Of a stretch of 64,000 bases of DNA, positions 50,200 to 58,239 are shown one piece after another. The stretch spans positions 124,001-188,000 of IMG/VR virus record IMGVR_UViG_3300020188_000808; one strand, written 5' to 3'. The notes below the pieces were generated by a model. The model was given only the letters and a program-made list of their open reading frames with translations, was not told the DNA's origin and did no database searches. Each line of letters starts with the position of its first letter. The stretch's first letter is position 1. Position numbers and translations under genes: made by a program.

Positions 50200-50608
50200 T
50201 AAGAAAGACTTTGTATCTAAAATGCAAAGTGAAAATATCACAGATGTAACAGTTGAAGATACTAATGATTATTATATTTGCATTGATTCAACAGGTGGTC
50301 CAAACAGTGAGCCTTATTTTAAACAATTTCATCCCAATGTATTAAATTTATGTTTTGATGATGTTGCTGAAGATCAAACAAATTGGGGAGAAGATATACA
50401 ATCATATTACAAAGCAGTTGCACCAACCCTAACACAAATTCAACACATTTCAAATTTCCTTAAAGATGCTTGTGGAACAATTCATGTTCATTGTATGAAA
50501 GGCGAATCACGTAGCAAAGCAGTTGCAGATTATGTAAATAATACTAGAATTAAACATAATGGAAAGTATGCATATACAATTATAAGGAATACACTAGATG
50601 AGCTTTGA
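50180..50608 (+). CDS. Cys-dependent (PTP/dual-specificity-like) phosphatase
   Basis: HCMKGESRS = HCxxGxxRS P-loop; 'FDD' general-acid loop. Confidence 0.75.
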   Translation: MIAVSYSKKDFVSKMQSENITDVTVEDTNDYYICIDSTGGPNSEPYFKQFHPNVLNLCFDDVAEDQTNWGEDIQSYYKAVAPTLTQIQHISNFLKDACGTIHVHCMKGESRSKAVADYVNNTRIKHNGKYAYTIIRNTLDEL

Positions 50609-51149
50609 TGTAAAAGAATTACCTATAGGGATCGAATATAGTGACTTTAGAAGTTACTACATAGGATTACAAACAAACTTTGAACATTTAAAATTTACTA
50701 ATGTAGCTGATACTGTTAATAGTGAAAAACATAAAACTGATGGTGTATACGGTTGGGGTATACAAAGTAATTTAGACGACTTAACAATACCTTGTCCACC
50801 TTGGAATGTACACAAGGAAGGTAGCGATGATTATAGAGATACTGAATTAGTATACGGTGTAATTAATAGACTTAAAGTAAAATTTCCTCAAGCAAGACAG
50901 TTTAGTATTAGCGGCCATCCACCCGGAACTGAAATAGCACAGCACACCGACACTGATAGATATCTTAAAATACATATTCCTATACTAAGTAACCCTGATG
51001 CATGTTTTGTATTTGGTGATAAAAAATATTCGTTAGTTATTGGAAAAGCATATCTAATAAATACTAGACGCCCACACGGTACTATTAATAACGGAGAAAC
51101 AGATAGAGTACATTTATTTTTTAAAGTACCTGCTGAACATTACATATGA
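50598..51149 (+). CDS. Asp/Asn beta-hydroxylase-like 2OG-Fe(II) oxygenase
   Basis: PGTEIAQHTD, KIHIPI, PHGTIN, DRVHL. Confidence 0.85.
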   Translation: MSFDVKELPIGIEYSDFRSYYIGLQTNFEHLKFTNVADTVNSEKHKTDGVYGWGIQSNLDDLTIPCPPWNVHKEGSDDYRDTELVYGVINRLKVKFPQARQFSISGHPPGTEIAQHTDTDRYLKIHIPILSNPDACFVFGDKKYSLVIGKAYLINTRRPHGTINNGETDRVHLFFKVPAEHYI

Positions 51150-51874
51150 GATTATTAACTGCTAAAGATATAACAGATGTTGATGCATTATTTAATAGTC
51201 TCGAATGGGATATAATTGAATTAGACTTTAGCATTAATAAAGATGATTTAGAATTCTATTATACACAATTAAAAACACGATTACAAAATTTATGCTTTAG
51301 TTTTAATTCTAAAGAATATCTACGTCCTGAAATATATGATAGATTTCAAAAAGAAAATGCAGTTGGAAATTATCAAGGAAACGTACAAGGTTGGAGTGTT
51401 AGTTGGCCAATAGAGCGAGATATTCCATGTCCAAGTAAATCACAAGCTAACATTGATATGTATCCTGAATTACAAAATTTAGATGAAGAAAAATTCTATT
51501 ATGATTGTGTACCAATGCAAGTTTATAAATTTGGTATCTTAAACAAAATGTTAGAAACACTATCTTTGCAATCATTAAGACAGATGTTAATAGCATTACA
51601 CCCTAGTGGACTTAAAGTTAATACACATACTGACGGAAAAACTAGAAAACTACATGTTCCATTTTATACAAATAAAGATGCTGTTTTTACTTTTGGCGAA
51701 AACAGAGAACGAACATATCACATGGAATTGGGCAAAGGATATATAATTAATACCCTAGTTCCACATGGTACAGAAAATAACGGAAGTACAGAGCGAGTAC
51801 ACTTATTGTCCAGAGTTGATGACGATTTTATGCAATCGCTTTTATTAATAAACTGCAATATAGCAGATAAATAA
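51146..51874 (+). CDS. Asp/Asn beta-hydroxylase-like 2OG-Fe(II) oxygenase
   Basis: VNTHTD, KLHVPF, PHGTEN, ERVHL. Confidence 0.85.
   Translation: MRLLTAKDITDVDALFNSLEWDIIELDFSINKDDLEFYYTQLKTRLQNLCFSFNSKEYLRPEIYDRFQKENAVGNYQGNVQGWSVSWPIERDIPCPSKSQANIDMYPELQNLDEEKFYYDCVPMQVYKFGILNKMLETLSLQSLRQMLIALHPSGLKVNTHTDGKTRKLHVPFYTNKDAVFTFGENRERTYHMELGKGYIINTLVPHGTENNGSTERVHLLSRVDDDFMQSLLLINCNIADK
51867..51873 (+). promoter_or_regulatory. T4-late-like promoter ATAAATA
   Basis: GATAAATA followed by AGGAG RBS and ATG at 51893; same layout as at 19868. Confidence 0.55.
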
Positions 51875-51892
51875 CAGTAACAGGAGATAATA

Positions 51893-53140
51893 ATGAGCAA
51901 CACATATTTTACACAGGTATTAGACGAACCATACCACTTAGGAAATGGTGAATTTTTGTCAGTAATCACTAACGGAAAAGCACGTCACGAAGGCGAAGAA
52001 ACAAGAGATTTTAACAAAGATGCAGGTGCAAGAGCAGGATTGCTTAGAGTAAATGCAGATAGTACTACATTTGTAGACTTTTTTGATAAAAGTGATAACG
52101 GTGACAGATACCGAGGTATTGCAGTTGTAGGTAATACAGCATATGTAATGCGTACACAAAAAGACAAAGTAGACAGCATTATTAGAGTAGCGGCTGTAAA
52201 CTTAGATACTAATGAAGTTACAATGATTGAAGAAAAAGGTGTTACAGTACACGGCTCAGAAACTCCTAAAACATTCTGTGGACACTTTAACTTTGGTCGC
52301 CCAATTACAGTTGGTACTAAAATTGTTTATCCACCAATTATGAGTGGAATGATTATTGTGTTTGATACTGTTGCTAATACATTTACTGTACACGAAACAG
52401 AAGAAAAGTTTGCTTCTATTCATAGTGTGTACGTAGAAGATTTAAATGAAGTTGTATTTTTTCCATATGGTAAAACAACTAACAAGTTGTTAACATTAGA
52501 CATGGAAACAAATACAATTACTGCACATGAAGCTCCAACTAACGGTGCATTTTATCATGTTAATACAAACGGAACTAAAGCAGTTGGTGCTCCATTAATT
52601 ATGGACGGTACTACAGAATTTAACTTCTGGGTATATGACGGTGATACAGTTCAATCAGTTGCTTATGATTCATCTAGCACAGATGACATGGGTGGACAAA
52701 TGGGTTTCAAATACGGAACTATGAACGGTAACACATTATTAACACATACTTGTTGGGAAGGCTGTAAAGAGTTTGTATCATTAAACTTAGATACACTTGC
52801 TATTGATAGCTTTGCAACTAATGAGTCACTAGGTAGTAAACCAGTTATTAATGCTGGAGACGTTTACTTGTTTCCATCAATACAAAATCCAAGCATGGTA
52901 AATCCAACAACTAAAGTTTTTAAAGTTGAAGGAACTGCAATTAACGAAGTTATGGACTTAGGTACTGCAAATATTACTTCAGGATCAATTAATGATACTG
53001 ATAGTGTTACAATGTTGGCACCTTACAAGTTTGATTTTAGTGATGCAGGGTTAGGTAGTGATATGGCTATTGTAGATCTTAATTCTAAAACATCAAAACT
53101 TATTCCAGTTAATTTAAGCCTAGAAACTTATTCTAGTTAA
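51893..53140 (+). CDS. Beta-propeller repeat protein, possibly virion-associated
   Basis: Repeats IVYPPIM..IIVFDT, VVFFPYG..LLTLD, AVGAPL, VYLFPS; T/N/G-rich like the structural genes; own promoter and RBS. Confidence 0.55.
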   Translation: MSNTYFTQVLDEPYHLGNGEFLSVITNGKARHEGEETRDFNKDAGARAGLLRVNADSTTFVDFFDKSDNGDRYRGIAVVGNTAYVMRTQKDKVDSIIRVAAVNLDTNEVTMIEEKGVTVHGSETPKTFCGHFNFGRPITVGTKIVYPPIMSGMIIVFDTVANTFTVHETEEKFASIHSVYVEDLNEVVFFPYGKTTNKLLTLDMETNTITAHEAPTNGAFYHVNTNGTKAVGAPLIMDGTTEFNFWVYDGDTVQSVAYDSSSTDDMGGQMGFKYGTMNGNTLLTHTCWEGCKEFVSLNLDTLAIDSFATNESLGSKPVINAGDVYLFPSIQNPSMVNPTTKVFKVEGTAINEVMDLGTANITSGSINDTDSVTMLAPYKFDFSDAGLGSDMAIVDLNSKTSKLIPVNLSLETYSS

Positions 53141-53145
53141 TTGTT

Positions 53146-53862
53146 ATGGAGCGTTTTAACGATACGCCCTGCCAAGACGCCACAGGAAAAATGTTCGCTG
53201 ACTATCACGAATATGTAGACTACGATAAAAAGAATAATCCAGATAGATGCCATTTTAAAAACGCTCAAGGCAGAGAAACCTTTGCTCCTAGTTTTAATCG
53301 TGTAAGTGAAATATATCCATACCATGATCTAGGATTTCAAATGCATAAATGGTTTGAGTTTGATCTAGAGAAAGCCCGTGATTGGTATAAACAATTTTTA
53401 GAAAAATATTCAGATACTGAATTTCTCTACCAAGGAGAAACTACAGAACCTAACAGTTGGGGTTGTGTATATGGACAAGGGTGTGGGTTATATAGTATTA
53501 AAGAAGAACAGTTATTTGGTTATTTGTTAGATATACACAATGCACTAATTGATATGGGATTAGATAAAGATGCATTTGAATGGGTAGTAGTAAAACATAC
53601 ACCAGGAACACGCTTAGGTATGCATCAAGATGAGCCACAATGGCTTACAGTACATTTACCTTTATACACTAATGATAAAACCAATTGGACAATAGGCGGA
53701 ACTCCGTTCTTAATGCCAACTGACGGGTGTTATATTATTAATAGTACACAACCTCATGATGTTGTAAATTATGGCGACACAGATAGAATACATATCTATT
53801 TCAGTATAAAAACTTCACAGGTTGAAAAAGTCTGGGAAAAGCCAAATATAAAAGGAAGTTAG
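53146..53862 (+). CDS. Asp/Asn beta-hydroxylase-like 2OG-Fe(II) oxygenase
   Basis: PGTRLGMHQD, TVHLPL, PHDVVN, DRIHI. Confidence 0.85.
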   Translation: MERFNDTPCQDATGKMFADYHEYVDYDKKNNPDRCHFKNAQGRETFAPSFNRVSEIYPYHDLGFQMHKWFEFDLEKARDWYKQFLEKYSDTEFLYQGETTEPNSWGCVYGQGCGLYSIKEEQLFGYLLDIHNALIDMGLDKDAFEWVVVKHTPGTRLGMHQDEPQWLTVHLPLYTNDKTNWTIGGTPFLMPTDGCYIINSTQPHDVVNYGDTDRIHIYFSIKTSQVEKVWEKPNIKGS

Positions 53863-53870
53863 ACACTAGT

Positions 53871-54194
53871 ATGAAAGAAGTTACAGATACAAACTTTAAC
53901 GAGTACTTAGATACTACACGTGGTCGGTGTGTGATGTTGTTCTATGCTAACTGGAACGGCCCTAGCAGTCAGTTTCAAACTAACTTTGCACAACTAGAAT
54001 CTAGCTATAGTGAAGTTAACTTTGCACAATCAGAAGTAGATCCTAATCCCTCTACATACAACAGATTCACAGTACACGGGGTTCCCTGCGTTAAAGTATT
54101 TGAACACACTGATTCAAGTACAACTGTATTAGGAACATTATATGGTGACAGTTCAAAAGAACAAATCAAACAATTTATTGATAAACATGTCTAA
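53871..54194 (+). CDS. Thioredoxin-fold protein lacking CxxC (WNGPS)
   Basis: 'EVTDTNF...FYANWNGPS...VHGVP' follows the thioredoxin pattern, but both active-site Cys are replaced. Confidence 0.7.
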   Translation: MKEVTDTNFNEYLDTTRGRCVMLFYANWNGPSSQFQTNFAQLESSYSEVNFAQSEVDPNPSTYNRFTVHGVPCVKVFEHTDSSTTVLGTLYGDSSKEQIKQFIDKHV

Positions 54195-55302
54195 ACAAAA
54201 AATTGTTATAGTAGGCGGTGGTACATCTGGATGGATGACTGCCGCTTATCTTTCTAAAAAAACCGATTGGGACATTACACTTATTCAAAGTCAAGATATC
54301 CCTATCATTGGAGTAGGCGAAAGCACACTTCCAAGTATATACGATTTTATTCAAGAGTGTGGATTAACTGAACAAGATCTGTTTGATGATTGTGATGCTG
54401 TACGCAAGTATACAATTAAACACAAAAATTGGCACGGTGATAGTTGGTATCATCATTTTTGTTTTAATGAATCAGAACATGACGAACAAATGCGTTGGAT
54501 GATAAATTATGAAATGCCAGATAAAAAATGGCGCCACGCATATCATATTGATGCTAACAAGTTTGGAATAATGCTTAGAGATAAAGTAGCATTACCTAAT
54601 GGCGTTAAACTAATAAACAAAACATTAGACACTATAGATGATATTGACGCAGATTTAATTATTAATTGTGCAGGATTTAATAAACTATTTCCTGAAACTA
54701 ATATGATTAAATCTAGTCTTAAAAATAACTGTGCAGTAGTAGCACCTAGTTATGATACTGAACTAAAGTATTATACAGAAACTACTGCTATGAGTGCAGG
54801 ATGGATGTGGAATATCTATTTACAAAATAGAATAGGTAATGGATATGTATTTAATAAAGACTACCAAACAATAGAAGATGCAAAACAAGAGTTCATAGAT
54901 ACTTGTCCGTATAAACTAGAATTAGATAAGTTAAGAGTAATTGAGTGGACAGGACAATATAGTGATACTCCTTATCAAGGTAATATTCTAAATGTAGGTT
55001 TAAGTGCAGGATTTTTAGAACCATTAGAAGCACAAGCAATATGGTTAATACAATACCAAGTAGAAATGCTAGTAAGACTTTATAACAAGCAAAAAATCTA
55101 TAACGCACAATGGAGAAAGGTTGTAACGCATATTGAAAAGTTTTTAGAACTTCACTATACTGCAACTAGTAAAAATACTCCATATTGGAAAAACGAAGTT
55201 AAAGAAATTAAGATTAAAAAGACACCGTTTGCTATTTTTGATGAGTACAGTTATCGTTGCCTAGCGAAAGGTTACGCTCTTCCATATACTTTAGAACATT
55301 AA
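54187..55302 (+). CDS. Tryptophan halogenase-family flavin-dependent enzyme (short)
   Basis: GGGTSGW, GVGEST, Lys in 'AVRKYTI', WMWNIYL (WxWxI), GFLEPLE; start at ATG 54187 (track 54142). Confidence 0.8.
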   Translation: MSKQKIVIVGGGTSGWMTAAYLSKKTDWDITLIQSQDIPIIGVGESTLPSIYDFIQECGLTEQDLFDDCDAVRKYTIKHKNWHGDSWYHHFCFNESEHDEQMRWMINYEMPDKKWRHAYHIDANKFGIMLRDKVALPNGVKLINKTLDTIDDIDADLIINCAGFNKLFPETNMIKSSLKNNCAVVAPSYDTELKYYTETTAMSAGWMWNIYLQNRIGNGYVFNKDYQTIEDAKQEFIDTCPYKLELDKLRVIEWTGQYSDTPYQGNILNVGLSAGFLEPLEAQAIWLIQYQVEMLVRLYNKQKIYNAQWRKVVTHIEKFLELHYTATSKNTPYWKNEVKEIKIKKTPFAIFDEYSYRCLAKGYALPYTLEH

Positions 55303-55792
55303 TACGCCACAGACGCTGTGGAACATTAAACAACATCATACTTTGTTCTAACTTCCATATACCACGTCTTGCTAATAATGGCATCATAGTATCATTCATA
55401 CGTTTACTTTTACCACCATCATCATTTATGTTTGTACTAATATAAAGTTCTGCATTGAGACTTTGTTCTAATGCCCAATTGATTTGCAAATTTAATAACT
55501 GACTTAGTTGTATTCCAGTCTTAAAAATATCTCTACCAGTGCCTAATGTATAACCAGGTAATTGGGCACCACGGAATAAACATCTATATGCATCTGGACT
55601 AACTTCGGGTAGTTTATGTATGCCAGCAATACTAACAATTTTATCTTTGTGTGTAGCAACAGTCCAAGCACCTTCTTCTAGTACCCATTCCCATTTCATT
55701 TTTTTAAGAGATGTGTTATTGCTGAAGTTTTGTGATTTGCAAAATTTCTCTACTAACGATTCATCGTCTTTAGTAGCAAACCTAAAATTCAT
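55232..55792 (-). CDS. GNAT-fold acyltransferase-like protein
   Basis: 'FRFATKDD...IVSIAGI...RCLFRGAQLPGY' GNAT-like pattern; coupled to the upstream adenylation gene. Confidence 0.45.
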   Translation of the reverse strand: MNFRFATKDDESLVEKFCKSQNFSNNTSLKKMKWEWVLEEGAWTVATHKDKIVSIAGIHKLPEVSPDAYRCLFRGAQLPGYTLGTGRDIFKTGIQLSQLLNLQINWALEQSLNAELYISTNINDDGGKSKRMNDTMMPLLARRGIWKLEQSMMLFNVPQRLWRINVLKYMEERNLSLGNDNCTHQK

Positions 55793-56450
55793 TTTTCCAA
55801 GTTTTACCATTAGCTATATTCATCCTGTGTGAAAATGTTTTAGTATTCATGTCAAATATATCGCCTGTACTTTTACCATTAATAATACAATGGGCTAACT
55901 TAGATGTAGCAGTAATTGGATTAAACATCACATGTGTTCTTTTTTCATCTATAGTGTTAAAATCAAAACTAGGTGAATCGTATCCAATCATTACCGGCGG
56001 AGCATACTCTGTCATGCCGTACCAATTAGCAACAGTCTGTACTCCACGCTCTTTGAATGCATCAATAAATGATTGCTCAATTTTACTACTACCAGTAACC
56101 ATATAACGTACACAACTCATGTCTAAGTCTTTAAAGCCTTTTGTCTTTTGTAACAACTCTAAATGGCGTGGAATTAACGCTATATACGTCGGTTTAACGC
56201 TACTAAACAACGTAGGGTAGGTAAGTGCATTAAAGTTAGCACTAACTAGCTGTGCGCCGCTTATATAAGCAGGAAGAGCTGTTATAGTATAGTGTGCTAT
56301 AGTGTTTGCTGGAAAGACATCCAATACAATATCGTCTTTAGTTAGTCCAATTTCTTTTGCTGAAAGTTTTGCAGATTGGTTAATATATTCCCAAGAGTGT
56401 GTTACACGTTTTGGTTCATCTGTACTACCTGATGTGAATAGAGTAAGCAT
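55782..56450 (-). CDS. Minimal AMP-binding (ANL adenylation) enzyme
   Basis: A3 P-loop FTSGSTDEPK, A5 YGMTE, A7 TGD; only 222 aa. Confidence 0.75.
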   Translation of the reverse strand: MLTLFTSGSTDEPKRVTHSWEYINQSAKLSAKEIGLTKDDIVLDVFPANTIAHYTITALPAYISGAQLVSANFNALTYPTLFSSVKPTYIALIPRHLELLQKTKGFKDLDMSCVRYMVTGSSKIEQSFIDAFKERGVQTVANWYGMTEYAPPVMIGYDSPSFDFNTIDEKRTHVMFNPITATSKLAHCIINGKSTGDIFDMNTKTFSHRMNIANGKTWKNEF

Positions 56451-56494
56451 ATACTTACTTATTTGAAAACTATTTTGGAATTATTGGATGTGAA

Positions 56495-57868
56495 TTAAGC
56501 AATCATTTTGATCCAAGCCGCGCCATCGTAAAATACTGGATAAGCGTTTCCTGAACCAACCCCAACTGGATCCCAAGTAGTTCTGTCAGCGACAGCAATC
56601 ATACCTAGTGTTGGAGTGTTAGGTTCTGCTGACGAAGCCGCCAATTTTGCAAAACCGTTAATGTCTAATGTAGCCAATGGTGTAAATGCAAGAGTGTTGT
56701 TAATAGCAACCCAACCATTTGACATGATTGACATTGTTTTTAACTCTGGACTACTTGCAGAACCATTGTTGTTAATAATTCTAATTGAACCTTTTGCTAT
56801 ATCGTTTGATACTGTAGTGTTAGGATCAATTTGGAATGCAATTACACTTGATGGAACTAATGTATCAGTAGTAGCATCATAACTTCTAGCGTCAATAGCA
56901 CCTAGGTAATCACCAGCAGTACCTTGTACCGGAGTTACTATATCGCCATGACGACCAGTAAATGCCATTTTAGAAATACCACCAAAACTGCTCTGTGCTA
57001 AACTGACCATGTCAATTGGCGGTGAACCGTCTACGTTAGTAATTTCTAAACCAGTACTATATACATCTGTTACGTCACCAATCTTAATTGTTTCTGCGTT
57101 TCTAACTCTTAGTACTTTACCTTGTGCATAAATTGAACCGTTATCAATAACAACTGTGTTGTTAACACCATCAACTAGTACGCCACTATCATCAGCAAAA
57201 ACTGAACCTGTTACGTCACCTGCAAGTGTTCCACTAAAAGTTGGAGCAGTTACAGTAGCTGAAAAGATAGCTGAACTTGCCGCAATTGATTTAAGTGCTG
57301 GATTGTAAAATGTTGTTGCATCGTTGGCTTTGACTGTACCTGTTAATTCGCCTGTTACATTAACTGCACCTGTTGCAACATTAAGTAATACTGTACTGTC
57401 GTTACCAATTACATTTGCATTAATAGAAAGTGCATCAATTTGGTCTGTTACATTAAGAGTGTTAAGGTGTGCTGTTGCAAACTTGTTACTAGATGAACCT
57501 AAACTTCTAGCACCGTCAACATCTGGAATAATATCTGATTCGATTTTAGCTGATAAATTAACTGTATCAGTATTAGAATCACCAATTTGTAAATTACCAC
57601 CTAACGTTAAATTTCCGTCAGCAGTGATATTACCGGTTGCAGTAATGTTTCCTGTTACGTTTACATTACCTGTACCTGTTAAATTGTAGTTATTTAGGTC
57701 TAAGTCTGCACCAAGGAACGTACCAGCTGTGTCAACTGCTAACCCGCCTGCGGTAGTTCCATCTCCTACATACAGCTTTTTAGTGTCTGTAGTATAGATC
57801 AACTCTCCGTCTAACGGAGTAATTAAAGCCCTCTGGGCATCTGTTCCTCTTCGTAATCTTAAAGCCAT
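56495..57868 (-). CDS. Tail fibre protein with Mtd_N/hyaluronidase-like N-terminus
   Basis: MALRLRRGT...GELIYTTDTKKLYVGDG N-terminus; G-N-x-T beta-helical repeats; AGGAG RBS. Confidence 0.75.
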   Translation of the reverse strand: MALRLRRGTDAQRALITPLDGELIYTTDTKKLYVGDGTTAGGLAVDTAGTFLGADLDLNNYNLTGTGNVNVTGNITATGNITADGNLTLGGNLQIGDSNTDTVNLSAKIESDIIPDVDGARSLGSSSNKFATAHLNTLNVTDQIDALSINANVIGNDSTVLLNVATGAVNVTGELTGTVKANDATTFYNPALKSIAASSAIFSATVTAPTFSGTLAGDVTGSVFADDSGVLVDGVNNTVVIDNGSIYAQGKVLRVRNAETIKIGDVTDVYSTGLEITNVDGSPPIDMVSLAQSSFGGISKMAFTGRHGDIVTPVQGTAGDYLGAIDARSYDATTDTLVPSSVIAFQIDPNTTVSNDIAKGSIRIINNNGSASSPELKTMSIMSNGWVAINNTLAFTPLATLDINGFAKLAASSAEPNTPTLGMIAVADRTTWDPVGVGSGNAYPVFYDGAAWIKMIA

Positions 57869-57896
57869 TTATAGCACTCCTAGTATCTTATACATG

Positions 57897-57903
57897 TATT
57901 TAT
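57897..57903 (-). promoter_or_regulatory. T4-late-like promoter ATAAATA
   Basis: CATAAATA on the minus strand upstream of the fibre gene RBS. Confidence 0.55.
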
Positions 57904-57918
57904 GCCAATACCTAAAAT

Positions 57919-58239
57919 TTACTTCTGCTTTTTTAAGAACTGTTTAGTACGCTTTTGTACATCAGTCTTAACACGTTCCGAATCTACACGGAAATCGACA
58001 TTTTTAATAGCAGTATTGTAGTTAGTAAACATCTCGTTAAGTGCATTTTCGACCTCTTTAAGGGGGTCTAATTTTGACTTATCTTTAATTTCAATCTCCC
58101 ACTTCTTACCGTTGTGGAAAAATACTGTTATACTTTCTACATATTCCAAAGGTATGGCATCGATATCAATGTCCTTAAATACCTCAGGCCATTTAGCTAT
58201 TATATCTTGTGGTAATCGTTTTTTCTTACGATTTGCCAC
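57919..58239 (-). CDS. Hypothetical phage protein
   Basis: 106-aa ORF overlapping the stop of the upstream gene. Confidence 0.6.
   Translation of the reverse strand: MANRKKKRLPQDIIAKWPEVFKDIDIDAIPLEYVESITVFFHNGKKWEIEIKDKSKLDPLKEVENALNEMFTNYNTAIKNVDFRVDSERVKTDVQKRTKQFLKKQK

Noticed and set aside
53981-54029. 13-bp direct repeat TAACTTTGCACAA (two copies, 36 bp apart)
   Set aside because: Only two copies, in frame within the thioredoxin-like gene (NFAQ twice); not a CRISPR array or att site.
22334-56450. RiPP cluster (rSAM/SPASM plus precursor peptide)
   Set aside because: Genes abut or overlap throughout, leaving no room for a short precursor ORF; no RRE/PqqD, peptidase or exporter recognised. 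A precursor elsewhere in the genome cannot be excluded.
22334-56450. DNA hypermodification cluster
   Set aside because: No thymidylate-synthase/hydroxymethylase, TET/JBP, dNMP kinase or queuosine-pathway genes seen. Linkage and promoters are late/structural, and GCWGC avoidance suggests the DNA remains restriction-sensitive. Disfavoured, not disproven.
56495-57868. Diversity-generating retroelement target (Mtd-like N-terminus)
   Set aside because: No reverse transcriptase, template/variable repeat pair or C-type lectin-like C-terminus seen in the window.
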